Part shown: piece after piece, positions 1-9,546 of the stretch
Layout of the letters: every line of letters begins with the position of its first letter
Position numbering within the stretch: the stretch's first letter is position 1
Assembly (NCBI RefSeq): GCF_036570325.1
Contig: NZ_DATCYK010000028.1
Location: 11,526-75,525, forward strand
Direction: 5' to 3'
Length of the DNA stretch: 64,000 nt
DNA from: Prevotella sp.
GTDB lineage: Bacteria > Bacteroidota > Bacteroidia > Bacteroidales > Bacteroidaceae
Notes under the pieces: model-generated
What the model saw: the letters and a program-made list of their open reading frames with translations, nothing else
What the model was told of the DNA's origin: nothing
The model's database searches: none
Made by a program: the position numbers and the translations under genes

Positions 1-49
1 TGAATGGTTACTTTAGAGGGTGAAAGGCGGCTTGCGAGCCGCCAAAAGC

Positions 50-91
50 GTCGGACTAGTCAGACCGGTCTGACTAGTTCGACCGGTCCGA
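50..91. repeat. REP-like array of 9-bp near-palindromic units (R-GTCNGAC-Y), family A
   Basis: gtcggactagtcagaccggtctgactagttcgaccggtccga, followed by hairpins aggggc-ttaat-gcccct and gcccttaatgggca...tgcccattaagggc, downstream of the ABC gene. Confidence 0.85.
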
Positions 92-155
92 GGGGCTTAA
101 TGCCCCTGCCCTTAATGGGCAATTGCTTGCCCATTAAGGGCAAACCGCCGGCCCG

Positions 156-2018
156 CTATGCCTGCATGTCGTGCAACTTGCGGTAATATCCGTCCTTGGC
201 CAGCAGGCTTTCGTGGGTTCCCCGCTCCACGATGCGGCCCTCATGGAGCACGCATATCTCGTCGGCATTCTTGATAGTAGAGAGCCGATGGGCAATGGCC
301 ACCGTGGTGCGGGTCTTCATCAACCGCTCCAAAGCGTCCTGCACGAGGCGTTCACTCTCGGTGTCGAGGGCCGAGGTGGCCTCGTCGAGGATGAGGATGG
401 GCGGGTTTTTCAGGATGGCCCGGGCTATGCTGACACGCTGGCGCTGGCCTCCGGAGAGACGACCGCCACGGTCGCCGATGTTGGTATCAAAGCCATTCTC
501 GGACGACATGATGAAGTCGTAGGCGTTGGCAATGCGCGATGCCTCGATGATTTGCTCGTCGGTGGCGCCATCTACGCCGAAAGCGATGTTGTTGCGGAAC
601 GAGTCGTTGAAGAGAATAGCCTCCTGATTGACGTTGCCAATGAGCTGTCGCAGGTCGTGAATGCCGAGGTCGCGCACGTTGATTCCATCGATGAGCACCT
701 CTCCTTCCTGCACGTCGTAGTAGCGAGGGATGAGGTCCACGAGGGTGCTCTTGCCCGAGCCGCTCTGTCCCACCAAGGCTATGGTCTTGCCCTTGGGTAT
801 CGTAAGGTTGATATTGCGCAGCACATAAAGCAGTTGGTCGGCGCCATTGGGGGCATGGCCATCGGCGGCGCGATAGGCGAAACTGACGTTACGAAACTCT
901 ATCTGGTGCTCAAACGACGTGATATGTATGGGCGATTGGGGCTCCTGAAGGTCGATTTCGGCTTTCAATATCTTATCGACGCGCTCCATCGAGGCCAGTC
1001 CCTTGGGAATGTTATAGCCTGCCTTGGAAAATTCTTTCAGCGGATTGATAATGCTGTAAAGCAGCGTCATGTAGTAAATAAACGACGGTCCGTCGATGGT
1101 TTTATTGTTAAGCACGAGGATTCCGCCGAACCACAGCACCACGACGATCATCACCGTGCCCAAGAACTCGCTCATGGGATGGGCCATCTGTTGGCGAATG
1201 TTCACCTTCATGATGTCGCTTCGATAGGCCGAATTTACCTTGTCGAAGCGCCGGTTCATCTTTTCCTCGGCGCAAAATGCCTTGATGATACGTAGGCCGC
1301 CGAGCGTTTCCTCCACCTGACTCATCGTGTCGCTCCACAAGGCTTGGGCCTTCATGCTCTTGGCCTTGAGCTTTCGGCCCACCAAACCCATGAACCAACC
1401 GAACAAGGGCACGAAAACAATGGTGAACAGCGTCAGCTCCCACGACAGGAACAGCAAGGCCGAGAAATAAATAAGAATAAGGATGGGATTCTTGAAAAGC
1501 ATGTCGAGACTCGACATGATGGAACTTTCTATCTCCTGAACGTCGCCGCTCATGCGGGCAATGATGTCGCCCTTGCGCTCCTCGCTGAAGAAACCGAGCG
1601 GCAAAGCGTTGATTTTCCGATATAACTGATTGCGAATGTCGCGCACGACGCCGGTCCTTATGGGGATGATAGTGGCCGAGGAGAGGAAGTAGGCGCCCGT
1701 CTTGAGCAGCGTCATGAACGCCAAGACAAGGCCGATGATAAGCAGTGTGGTGGTAGCTCCCCACGTGCTGATGAGCTGACTGACGTAATAGTCCATGTTG
1801 TTCATCAGCGATTCCTTGAGATTTCCCATCGTCACGGGCATGAGCGCCGTGGCTTTGGCCCCGCCGTCGGTCTTGAACAGAATGCTCAACATGGGTATCA
1901 GCGTGGCAAAAGAGAACACGTTGAGGATGGCCGAGAGGACATTGAAGAACACGCTCCACGCCAAATAACGCTTGTAGGGTGGAACAAAACGGCGCAGCAC
2001 CTGTAGGAATTCTTTCAT
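156..2018 (-). CDS. ABC transporter permease/ATP-binding protein (MsbA-like exporter)
   Basis: 620 aa; N-terminal TM domain; Walker A GQSGSGKST, signature LSGGQRQ, Walker B ILILDEATSALD, H-loop IAHRL. Confidence 0.93.
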   Translation of the reverse strand: MKEFLQVLRRFVPPYKRYLAWSVFFNVLSAILNVFSFATLIPMLSILFKTDGGAKATALMPVTMGNLKESLMNNMDYYVSQLISTWGATTTLLIIGLVLAFMTLLKTGAYFLSSATIIPIRTGVVRDIRNQLYRKINALPLGFFSEERKGDIIARMSGDVQEIESSIMSSLDMLFKNPILILIYFSALLFLSWELTLFTIVFVPLFGWFMGLVGRKLKAKSMKAQALWSDTMSQVEETLGGLRIIKAFCAEEKMNRRFDKVNSAYRSDIMKVNIRQQMAHPMSEFLGTVMIVVVLWFGGILVLNNKTIDGPSFIYYMTLLYSIINPLKEFSKAGYNIPKGLASMERVDKILKAEIDLQEPQSPIHITSFEHQIEFRNVSFAYRAADGHAPNGADQLLYVLRNINLTIPKGKTIALVGQSGSGKSTLVDLIPRYYDVQEGEVLIDGINVRDLGIHDLRQLIGNVNQEAILFNDSFRNNIAFGVDGATDEQIIEASRIANAYDFIMSSENGFDTNIGDRGGRLSGGQRQRVSIARAILKNPPILILDEATSALDTESERLVQDALERLMKTRTTVAIAHRLSTIKNADEICVLHEGRIVERGTHESLLAKDGYYRKLHDMQA

Positions 2019-2090
2019 AAAATGGCTTTTTTAGTGGGGCCATGGCGCCGCCGTGACTCATCGTGACGGCCGCTGCCATGGGGTGATAGC

Positions 2091-3488
2091 TTAAATTTCT
2101 TCGCCAAAGAGCGTGGCGCTGGTAGAACCGGTGATACGCACTTTCACGAACTCACCGATGTGATGATTGCCTTTCTCTATGATGACGGCCTTGTTCTGCT
2201 CGGTCCGTCCCATCAGATGATTGCGGTCGCGCTTGGCAAATCGCTCGATAAGTATCGTGAACTCCTTGCCCTCATCCTTCTTGTTTTGCCGAGCGCTGAT
2301 GTCGGTCTGCAGGCGGATGAGCTTGTTGAGTCGGTCTACCTTCACCTCCTCGGGCACGTTGTCGGGCAGGTGTTTGGCGGCGTAGGTGCCCGGACGCTCG
2401 GAGTATTTGAACATGAAAGCGGAGTCGAAGCCCACTTCTTCCACCAAGGAGAGCGTCTGCCGGTAATCTTCCTCGCTCTCGTTGTGGTATCCCACGAAGA
2501 CGTCGGTGGTGAGGCCGCAGCCCGGAATGATGCGACGGATGGCCTCAACCTTGCTCAGGTAGTCCTCACGGGTGTACTTTCGGTTCATGAGTTTCAGCGT
2601 GGAATTGCTGCCACTCTGGGCCGGGAAGTGGATGTGATTGCAGAGATTGGGCTCCTCGGCGATGACATGGAGGATGTCCTCGGTCATGTCCTCGGGATTG
2701 GACGTGGTGAAACGCACCCGCATTTGGGGCACGCTGCGGGCCACCTCACGCAGCAGTTGGGCGAAGGAAATGCCGTCGTCGGGGCGCTTGCCGTTAGGAA
2801 GCAGACCGTAGGAGTTGACGTTCTGCCCCAAGAGGGTTACCTCCTTGAAGCCTTTGTCGCGCAGGTCGTGCACCTCCTTGAGTATGCTTTCCACGTCACG
2901 ACTGCGCTCACGACCACGGGTGAAGGGCACGATGCAGTAGTGGCAGAAGTTGTTGCAGCCACGCATAATGCTGACAAAACCGCTCACCCGGTTGCCTCCG
3001 ATACGCTGGGGAATGACGTCCCGGTAGGTCTCGGTGGTCGAGAGCTCCACGTCTTGCGCGTTATGTCCCAGCTCGCACTGGGCTATCATTTCGGGCAGAT
3101 TCAAGTAAGCGTCGGGTCCACACACGAGGTTGGCGTGGTGGTTCTGTATCAGGTCGTCCTTCACTCGCTCGGCCATGCAACCCAGCACACCCAATATGGG
3201 TGAGGGATGCGAGGCTTCCGACGCCGCCGGAGCCGGCCCATCGCCCTCCGCCAAGGCCTTTCGCTGCTCGGCGTCACGCTTCTTTTGCAGGGCATGGAGG
3301 GTTTCCAAACGGTGGTAAATCTTGTTCTCGGCGTTCTCACGAATGCTACATGTATTGAGGAAAATGGCGTCAGCGTCCTCCTCCTTGTCACATATTTCGT
3401 AGCCGGCCATCTGCATCACCGAGGCGACCACTTCGCTGTCGGCCACGTTCATCTGGCAACCGTAGGTTTCGATATATAGTTTTTTCAT
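2091..3488 (-). CDS. miaB: tRNA-2-methylthio-N6-dimethylallyladenosine synthase
   Basis: ETYGCQMN N-terminus, NTCSIRE, radical SAM motif GCNNFCHYC, C-terminal TRAM domain. Confidence 0.96.
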   Translation of the reverse strand: MKKLYIETYGCQMNVADSEVVASVMQMAGYEICDKEEDADAIFLNTCSIRENAENKIYHRLETLHALQKKRDAEQRKALAEGDGPAPAASEASHPSPILGVLGCMAERVKDDLIQNHHANLVCGPDAYLNLPEMIAQCELGHNAQDVELSTTETYRDVIPQRIGGNRVSGFVSIMRGCNNFCHYCIVPFTRGRERSRDVESILKEVHDLRDKGFKEVTLLGQNVNSYGLLPNGKRPDDGISFAQLLREVARSVPQMRVRFTTSNPEDMTEDILHVIAEEPNLCNHIHFPAQSGSNSTLKLMNRKYTREDYLSKVEAIRRIIPGCGLTTDVFVGYHNESEEDYRQTLSLVEEVGFDSAFMFKYSERPGTYAAKHLPDNVPEEVKVDRLNKLIRLQTDISARQNKKDEGKEFTILIERFAKRDRNHLMGRTEQNKAVIIEKGNHHIGEFVKVRITGSTSATLFGEEI

Positions 3489-3518
3489 ATTTCTTTTTAA
3501 AAAATGAGATGGATAATT

Positions 3519-4481
3519 TTACGCTTTGATTTTGCCCACGGCCATGAATCCGAAGAAAGCCATGGCCCCGGTAATGAGTCCGGCGATGGCGTCGACGGCG
3601 TAATGGGCCTGAATGTAAACCGTGGCCAAGCACAGAAAGACGTAGAATGGCGCCATGGCGAGGAGCAACTTGCGGTTGCCCGACCAGCCGATGAGCAGCA
3701 TGCAAACCGTGCTAATGCCCACGTGTGAGCTGGGGAAGGCGGCCGTGGGGCGCTCGCCGGCGGCCTTGGCGTCTTCCACCAAGTGATAGAACAAGCCGTC
3801 CTTGTAGCCCGGACTGGGCAGGCAAGCCTGATGGTTATTGAAGTAATCGTGCAGATTGGGGAACACGCCGTTGGCTATTTCCTTCAGTCCCACGGCCTTA
3901 TAATAGAAGGTGGGACCCACGACGGGCAGTAAATCGAACACTACGTAATAGGCGAAAAAGGAGCCGATGACCACGAAAGCGGCCCGTTGGAAATCCTGAT
4001 AGCGCCAAAAGAAGAAGTACAGAACGGTCAGTACGATGAGCGGATAGTAGGCCGCGTAGCCCATATCCATCAGCTCGCTCACCACGGGGGAGGGGAAGCG
4101 CTCGGCAAAGAGCAGGGCGGGCTGGCAGCCGAAGAGCCATTGGTCGGCCAAGGCAAAGTAGTGGTCGAGGTTGGGCAGCACCCGATTGAGCTCATAGGTG
4201 TCGGGGTACCACCATGCCAGCAGCCCGAACTGGGCCATCACCCTGAACAACATGACCATCCGACAAGGCAACAACCGGTAGCTGGCCCACAGCGCCAACG
4301 TCACCGCGCCTATCTTCAGACGGTCCCAAATCATGGAGTCGGGATTGTCGAGACGGGTGAAGAGGAAGAGCACCATGAGCAACGTGAAGGCCATGTAGCC
4401 CAGCACGACCCACTCCAACGGCAGCAGTCCGCGGCGTGGAGCGGCCTCTATCTTGAACAGTTCCTTGATTGTCATAGCCAA
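3519..4481 (-). CDS. PAP2-superfamily membrane protein, AUR1/IPT1 (inositol-phosphoceramide synthase)-like
   Basis: multi-TM; motifs AAFPSSH and VYIQAHYAVD; no obvious KxxxxxxRP motif. Confidence 0.75.
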   Translation of the reverse strand: MAMTIKELFKIEAAPRRGLLPLEWVVLGYMAFTLLMVLFLFTRLDNPDSMIWDRLKIGAVTLALWASYRLLPCRMVMLFRVMAQFGLLAWWYPDTYELNRVLPNLDHYFALADQWLFGCQPALLFAERFPSPVVSELMDMGYAAYYPLIVLTVLYFFFWRYQDFQRAAFVVIGSFFAYYVVFDLLPVVGPTFYYKAVGLKEIANGVFPNLHDYFNNHQACLPSPGYKDGLFYHLVEDAKAAGERPTAAFPSSHVGISTVCMLLIGWSGNRKLLLAMAPFYVFLCLATVYIQAHYAVDAIAGLITGAMAFFGFMAVGKIKA

Positions 4482-5473
4482 TGGTTCTCCTTATACCAGC
4501 GCATGGTGAGCGCCGTGCCCCGTCGAAGGTCGAAATGGGGATGATACCCCAGCTCGTCCATCGTGGGCTCTATGTTGCAACGCCAGTTGCGCTGGCGCAG
4601 AATGTTGTACTTATCATCGTTGAGCGCCGTCATCCTACCCGTGACGTGGCCCCAATACTCGCCCACCTTCGTGACGATACGCAGCACCCACACGGGTGCC
4701 TTTATCTTGATACGGAACGGTCGGCCCAGCTCCTCATGGATGTAATCGCTGAAGTCGCTGCTCTCGTAAATATTGCCATCGCTCAGGAAATACTTGCGTC
4801 CGTTCATGCCATGGTCGAAGGCCAAGAACACGGCTTGCACCACATCTTCCACATAAACGAAGGTGATGTCCTGCCGACGGAAGCCCACCGAGAAATCCAC
4901 ATGGCGCTTCATACTCTGCGCCATCAGGAAATAGTCGGTCTCACGAGGGCCATAGACGCCCGTGGGACGCAGCACTATGTAGGGGAAATCGCTGCCGAGG
5001 GAGTCGAGATAGTACTCTGCCTCGAGCTTGCTACGGCCATAGGCGGTGTTGGGACGGGGCAAATCGTTCTCATCTATCTCCTGATAAGGCTGCCGCTCCT
5101 TGATAGCGCCGAACACACTGAGACTGCTGATGAAGACAAAACGCCTGATGGGCATTTGCAACGCACGGATGGCGTCGGCCAAATTCTTGGTTCCCTCGGT
5201 GTTGGTCTTGAAAAAATCGGCCGCATGAAGACACTTCGTGGCACCGGCCGCGTGCACCACATAATCAAATTGTCGGCCGCGAAGCTGCTCTCGGAGCTTG
5301 TCAGCCGACCCAAGGTCAAGCTCTATGAAATGGATGCGAGGGTCTTGCAGATAGCGTCGTGAACTGCTTTTCCGCACGCCGGCCCACACCTCCATGCCAC
5401 GGCGCAGGGCTTCCTCAACCACGAAACTGCCGATGAAGCCACTCGCGCCTGTCACTAATATACTTAAACTCAT
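4472..5473 (-). CDS. NAD(P)-dependent epimerase/dehydratase (extended SDR)
   Basis: VTGASGFIG Rossmann motif, YGRSK (YxxxK), LRPTGVYGP; overlaps next gene by 10 nt. Confidence 0.9.
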   Translation of the reverse strand: MSLSILVTGASGFIGSFVVEEALRRGMEVWAGVRKSSSRRYLQDPRIHFIELDLGSADKLREQLRGRQFDYVVHAAGATKCLHAADFFKTNTEGTKNLADAIRALQMPIRRFVFISSLSVFGAIKERQPYQEIDENDLPRPNTAYGRSKLEAEYYLDSLGSDFPYIVLRPTGVYGPRETDYFLMAQSMKRHVDFSVGFRRQDITFVYVEDVVQAVFLAFDHGMNGRKYFLSDGNIYESSDFSDYIHEELGRPFRIKIKAPVWVLRIVTKVGEYWGHVTGRMTALNDDKYNILRQRNWRCNIEPTMDELGYHPHFDLRRGTALTMRWYKENHWL

Positions 5474-5500
5474 TATTTATTTATACGCGTATAACGCTTG

Positions 5501-5508
5501 CAAAGTTA
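5501..5508 (-). promoter_or_regulatory. Bacteroidetes -7 promoter box (TAACTTTG) for the SDR-PAP2-miaB-ABC operon
   Basis: caaagtta on + strand, 28 nt upstream of the SDR start. Confidence 0.7.
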
Positions 5509-5556
5509 GCGATTATTTCATGGATTTGCTACAAAGACATTAAAAAAAGTGGGGGC

Positions 5557-5860
5557 AGGCTCCATCGGCGACCCTCCGGGAGCGCCGATGGAGCAGTTGA
5601 GGAGGTGGGGAGTTGAGGGGATGAATAGTTTGTTTTGTGGATGATAGGATGCAGAAAAGTTGTTTTTAAAATATTAAAGTAACTATTCATCTTCCCAACC
5701 TCCCAACTCCTCAACTCCTTGAAGCCCTCATCGGACCAATCCGACTGGTCGGACCAGCCTGACCCGTCAAACCTTGCTTGAGGGTCAATGGGCCCCTCAA
5801 AGAATAAAGTAATTATTCATCCCCTCAACCCCTTAACCTCCAACTGCGGCTTTCGCCGCC
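5557..5860. repeat. Composite intergenic repeat cluster (hairpin, family B GGATGAAT units in both orientations, family A array, GCGGC-nnn-GCCGC hairpin)
   Basis: ggctccatcggcg...cgccgatggagc; agttgaggggatgaatagtt versus aactattcatcttcccaacc; tcggaccaatccgactggtcggacc; gcggctttcgccgc. Confidence 0.75.
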
Positions 5861-5878
5861 CTCAACCTCCTACCAACC

Positions 5879-5957
5879 AAAAAAAGGAATGACGCTTTTC
5901 ATCGGCGCCATTCCTTAGCTTTTGAGGCAGAAAGGGGCAGTCCTACTGCCCTTTTCT
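5879..5957 (-). terminator. Intrinsic terminator(s) downstream of GH20
   Basis: A-run then aaggaatg..cattcctt stem; second stem aaggggcag-tccta-ctgcccttt. Confidence 0.6.
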
Positions 5958-5987
5958 TAAAACTTTTACTTCAAACAAAGTCTGTTT

Positions 5988-7583
5988 TTAGTGAAACATA
6001 TCGTCGCTTGCGGCCCAATCGAGCAGCTTATAATGCTTGTAGAGGTTCACGTTGCGCTGCTTGAAAGAATTGAAATCTTTGAGCTTGTTGTCGGTCCATC
6101 CGGTCTCGGCGATGGCTGCCATGCGGGGCAGAAGCTGATACTCGGCCAACTGCTTGTAAGGAATGTACTCCGTCCAGAGGTTACCTTGCACACCGATAAC
6201 GTGCTTCTTGAGCGCCTCCGAGGCGTCGTCGGGCACGGGGTTGTAGCTGTAGACCTTGTCAACGGGCAGGTATCCGCCGATAAGACGTATGTCCGTGCTC
6301 TTGTTCTGATAGTAGTCGAGATAGTAATAGTCCGTGGGCGTCATGATGGCGTCGAGTCCTCGCTCGGCAGCTTGCTGTCCGCCGGCCACGCCGCGCCAGC
6401 TCATGACGGTTGTGCCGGGAACGATGTCGCCCTCGAGAACTTCATCCCAACCTATCACATTTCGTCCCTTGGCCTCCAAGTGCTTGGCGATGACGTTGAG
6501 GAAATGGCACTGCAATTGGGCCTCGGCCGAGAATCCGTTGGATCCTTTCAGGCCCAAGCGCTTTATTTCGGCCTGACAGTCGGGGCAGGCTTCCCACCGT
6601 TTGCGGGGCGCCTCGTCGCCTCCGAGGTGAATGAACTTAGAGGGGAATATCTCGAGGAGCTCATCGAGCACGTTCTTAGCGAACTCGTAAGTCTTCGATT
6701 TGCCTGCGCAGAGAATGTCATCGAACACGCCCCACGACTGTGCCACCTCGTATGGACCGCCCGTGCAGCCCAGTTCGGGATAGGCAGTGAGGGCTGCCAG
6801 CATGTGGCCGGGCATGTCTATCTCGGGTATTATGGTGATGTAGCGGTCGGCGGCGTACTTCACGATTTCCTTCAGTTGGTCCTTGGTGTAGAAACCACCG
6901 TAGGGCACGCCGTCATACACAGGCGAGTTGTGGCCAATGACGGTTTGTTTGCGCACCGAACCCACCTCGGTCAATCGCGGGTAACGGTCTATCTGCACGC
7001 GCCATCCTTGGTCCTCGGTGAGGTGCCAATGGAAGGTGTTGAGGTTGTGCATGGCCAAAATGTCGATGTATTCCTTCACCAAAGCCACGCTGAAGAAATG
7101 GCGTCCGCAGTCGAGCATGCCACCGCGATAGCCAAAGCGGGGCTGGTCGGCGATGCGTGCGGCGGGCAGGTTGACGCTTGCCTGCTGCTCCACGGGCAGC
7201 GACTTGCGCAGGGTCTGTATGCCGTAGAACACGCCTGCCGGTGTGCGACCTTCGATGGTGACGCCCTTGGCCTTGACTGTGATGACATAGCCCTCGTCAT
7301 TGGCAATCTTCGCATTGAGCGCCAAGGTGATTGTTTTCTTGCCCGTGGCGGCCAGCTCTATGCCCGTCACTTCTTTTATGTATTGCTTCAAGAACTGCGC
7401 GTTGCGCATCATGGCCGCGTCATTGCCCACCACGTTGATGGCTGTAGCGCCATCGAGCACGAAGGCGGCTCCCTTGTTAGCCGTGATACTTTGGGGCAAC
7501 GGCACTACCTGATAATTGGCGTCGGCTGCCTGAAGGCCAAATGAGGCCATGGCAAGCGCCACGGAAAGTAAAGTTTTTCTCAT
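5988..7583 (-). CDS. beta-N-acetylhexosaminidase, GH20, secreted
   Basis: signal peptide; LDCGRHFF, HWHLTEDQGWR, PEIDMPGH, catalytic HLGGDE, GVQGNLWTE. Confidence 0.93.
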   Translation of the reverse strand: MRKTLLSVALAMASFGLQAADANYQVVPLPQSITANKGAAFVLDGATAINVVGNDAAMMRNAQFLKQYIKEVTGIELAATGKKTITLALNAKIANDEGYVITVKAKGVTIEGRTPAGVFYGIQTLRKSLPVEQQASVNLPAARIADQPRFGYRGGMLDCGRHFFSVALVKEYIDILAMHNLNTFHWHLTEDQGWRVQIDRYPRLTEVGSVRKQTVIGHNSPVYDGVPYGGFYTKDQLKEIVKYAADRYITIIPEIDMPGHMLAALTAYPELGCTGGPYEVAQSWGVFDDILCAGKSKTYEFAKNVLDELLEIFPSKFIHLGGDEAPRKRWEACPDCQAEIKRLGLKGSNGFSAEAQLQCHFLNVIAKHLEAKGRNVIGWDEVLEGDIVPGTTVMSWRGVAGGQQAAERGLDAIMTPTDYYYLDYYQNKSTDIRLIGGYLPVDKVYSYNPVPDDASEALKKHVIGVQGNLWTEYIPYKQLAEYQLLPRMAAIAETGWTDNKLKDFNSFKQRNVNLYKHYKLLDWAASDDMFH

Positions 7584-7646
7584 GTTTGGGTTATGTTGAA
7601 TAAATGAATATGCCGGTCAATAGCTACGCCCTTCAAGCGCATAGGG

Positions 7647-7654
7647 CAAAATTA
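7647..7654 (-). promoter_or_regulatory. -7 promoter box (TAATTTTG) for GH20
   Basis: caaaatta on + strand. Confidence 0.6.
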
Positions 7655-7716
7655 CGCTAAATTATTCGGAATGCCTAATGTTTTAAAAATATTTTTCCAA
7701 GAAAATGGCGGCAGGC

Positions 7717-7910
7717 GGCCATCCTGCCAACAACCTCGGATGGGTCATCCAATAACATCGGACCGGTCTGACTAGTCCGACTGGTCCGACCCGTCCGACG
7801 ATAAAATCGCCCGTCCCATCGCGGCCCTTTGGCCGCTCCAAAAGGCCGCGATAGGGCGACAAAAGCAGCCTTTTCGCTGGCCCGAAAGCCCCCTTTCACC
7901 GCCCCCCCTC
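7717..7910. repeat. Left flank of four-helix-bundle gene: shared ~28-bp motif, family A array, 11-bp-period tract
   Basis: ggccatcctgccaacaacctcggatgggtc; tcggaccggtctgactagtccgactggtccgacccgtccgac; caaaaggccgc/gatagggcgac/aaaagcagcct/tttcgctggcc. Confidence 0.8.
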
Positions 7911-8019
7911 ACCACCAAGGGCCAACCATTTCCCACCGCTTAGCCTTTTTTAACGCACGGGGCGCCCTCGTTATCCCTCAAAAACGGTTAATTTGCAAAA
8001 TAATCTTAAGGATTTCACC

Positions 8020-8574
8020 ATGAGCGAAGCATTTCTCCAACAGAAAGGAGGCTACCGCCGACTCCGATCCTACCGGGCAGCCACCATTATCTACGACATC
8101 ACCTATTATTTTGCCACCCACTTCCTGCAAAAGGGCGACCGCACCGTCGACCAAATGATACAAGCCGCCCGCTCGGGTAAACAGAACATCGCCGAAGGCA
8201 GCGAGGCCGCCACCACCTCGGCCGAAACGGAAATGAAGCTGACCAATGTGGCCAAGGCAAGCCTCGAGGAATTGCTCATCGATTACGAGGACTATCTGCG
8301 CGTGAGGGCCAAACCGATATGGTCATCCTCCCACCCCCGCTGCCAAGCCATGAGGGCCTATACCGCCGGTGACCGCATAGCAAGCGAATATCCACGGCTG
8401 CTGCCCCGCCTGACGGACGAGGAAATGGCCAACCTATGCCTGACCCTCATCCACCAAACTACCTACATGCTCCGCAAACTCATCCTCCGCCAGCAGGAAA
8501 TGTTCCTCAAAGAAGGGGGCGTCAGGGAGCAGATGACCCGTGCACGGCTGCAAAGCAGGAGGGAAAGAGGGTAG
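8020..8574 (+). CDS. Four-helix-bundle protein (23S rRNA IVS-protein / Avd-like fold) with C-terminal suffix region
   Basis: DQMIQAARSGKQNIAEGS...KLTNVAKASLEELLIDYEDYLR is the family motif; ATG 8020 preferred over 7993. Confidence 0.85.
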   Translation: MSEAFLQQKGGYRRLRSYRAATIIYDITYYFATHFLQKGDRTVDQMIQAARSGKQNIAEGSEAATTSAETEMKLTNVAKASLEELLIDYEDYLRVRAKPIWSSSHPRCQAMRAYTAGDRIASEYPRLLPRLTDEEMANLCLTLIHQTTYMLRKLILRQQEMFLKEGGVREQMTRARLQSRRERG

Positions 8575-8594
8575 GGCTTAGCGGGCAGGTTGTG

Positions 8595-8711
8595 CCTCAG
8601 ACGGGTCGGATTGGTCCGACCCGTCCGACCAAAGAGCCATGCTCTCAACCCAATAGGCCATCTGCCAACCTCGGATTGGTCCAACCGGTCCGACTAGTCA
8701 GACCGGTCTGA
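8595..8711. repeat. Right flank of four-helix-bundle gene: two family A arrays and second copy of the shared motif
   Basis: gggtcggattggtccgacccgtccgacc; ggccatctgccaacctcggattggtcc; ggtccgactagtcagaccggtctga. Confidence 0.8.
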
Positions 8712-8768
8712 TTCCCTCAAGAGCCTTCAAAATCCACCAAAATCTTTGACGATTTCGGCTAATTGTCT

Positions 8769-8776
8769 TATCTTTG
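8769..8776 (+). promoter_or_regulatory. -7 promoter box TATCTTTG
   Basis: exact consensus, with TTTG about 25 nt upstream; makes the TTG start at 8763 unlikely. Confidence 0.7.
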
Positions 8777-8798
8777 CCCCAATCATAGGACAGATGCG

Positions 8799-9452
8799 AT
8801 GATAAAAAGAATCATGACGATAGCGGCACTGCTGCCCTTATTCGCCCTCGGGGCCATGGCCCAAGCCCCTGACGAGCGGCCCGGCCACGTCAATCCCGAG
8901 GACCGTGAGGTCGACATCGACCGCCCCACGTTCGTGCCAATGGTCAAAGTAGGAAAAGTGCTCGACCAAGGCGACTCCATACAATACGTGGAGCTGAACG
9001 ACGTGTGGTGCTATCCCAAGCCACAGTTCAGCAGCGCGGAGCAGCGACAAACATTCAACCGACTCGTCATGAACGTGAAAAAAGTGTTGCCCATCGCCAA
9101 GGAAGTCAACCAAATCATCATCGAAACCTATGACTACCTGCAAACACTGCCCAACAAGCAGGCCCGCGACGCCCATCTTAAATACGTGGAGAAAAGCATT
9201 AAGCAGGAATATACGCCCCGCATGAAGAAGCTCACCTACACGCAGGGAAAGCTCCTGATAAAGCTCGTCTACCGCGAGTGTGGCAGCTCCGCCTATGGCA
9301 CCCTGCAAGCCATCTTGGGCCCCGTGAGGGCCGGATTTTGGCAGGCTTTCGCTTGGACTTTCGGCGCCTCGCTGGCCAAAAAGTACGACCCCGACGGCGT
9401 AGACCGTATCACCGAGCGCATCGTGCGCCAAGTAGAAGCGGGTCAGTTATAA
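8799..9452 (+). CDS. DUF4294-like secreted protein
   Basis: signal peptide; LVMNVKKVLPIAK, KKLTYTQGKLLIKLVYRE, GFWQAFAWTFGASL typical of this Bacteroidetes family (from memory). Confidence 0.75.
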   Translation: MIKRIMTIAALLPLFALGAMAQAPDERPGHVNPEDREVDIDRPTFVPMVKVGKVLDQGDSIQYVELNDVWCYPKPQFSSAEQRQTFNRLVMNVKKVLPIAKEVNQIIIETYDYLQTLPNKQARDAHLKYVEKSIKQEYTPRMKKLTYTQGKLLIKLVYRECGSSAYGTLQAILGPVRAGFWQAFAWTFGASLAKKYDPDGVDRITERIVRQVEAGQL

Positions 9453-9455
9453 AAA

Positions 9456-9489
9456 TAACCCGCCTTTTCTTTGGCGGGTTACCTTTTTT
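9456..9489 (+). terminator. Intrinsic terminator
   Basis: taacccgcc-loop-ggcgggtta followed by T-run. Confidence 0.8.
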
Positions 9490-9546
9490 ATATAACTTTG
9501 TTGACAATTCAAACACATTACTACATAAACCGAAAAAACACATAAA

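Noticed and set aside
5983-5998. parS-like TGTTTTTAGTGAAACA
   Set aside because: Three central mismatches to TGTTTCACGTGAAACA break the palindrome, and it overlaps a stop codon
8020-8574. Diversity-generating retroelement or 23S rRNA intervening sequence
   Set aside because: No reverse transcriptase, no TR/VR pair with A-specific mismatches and no rRNA in the window
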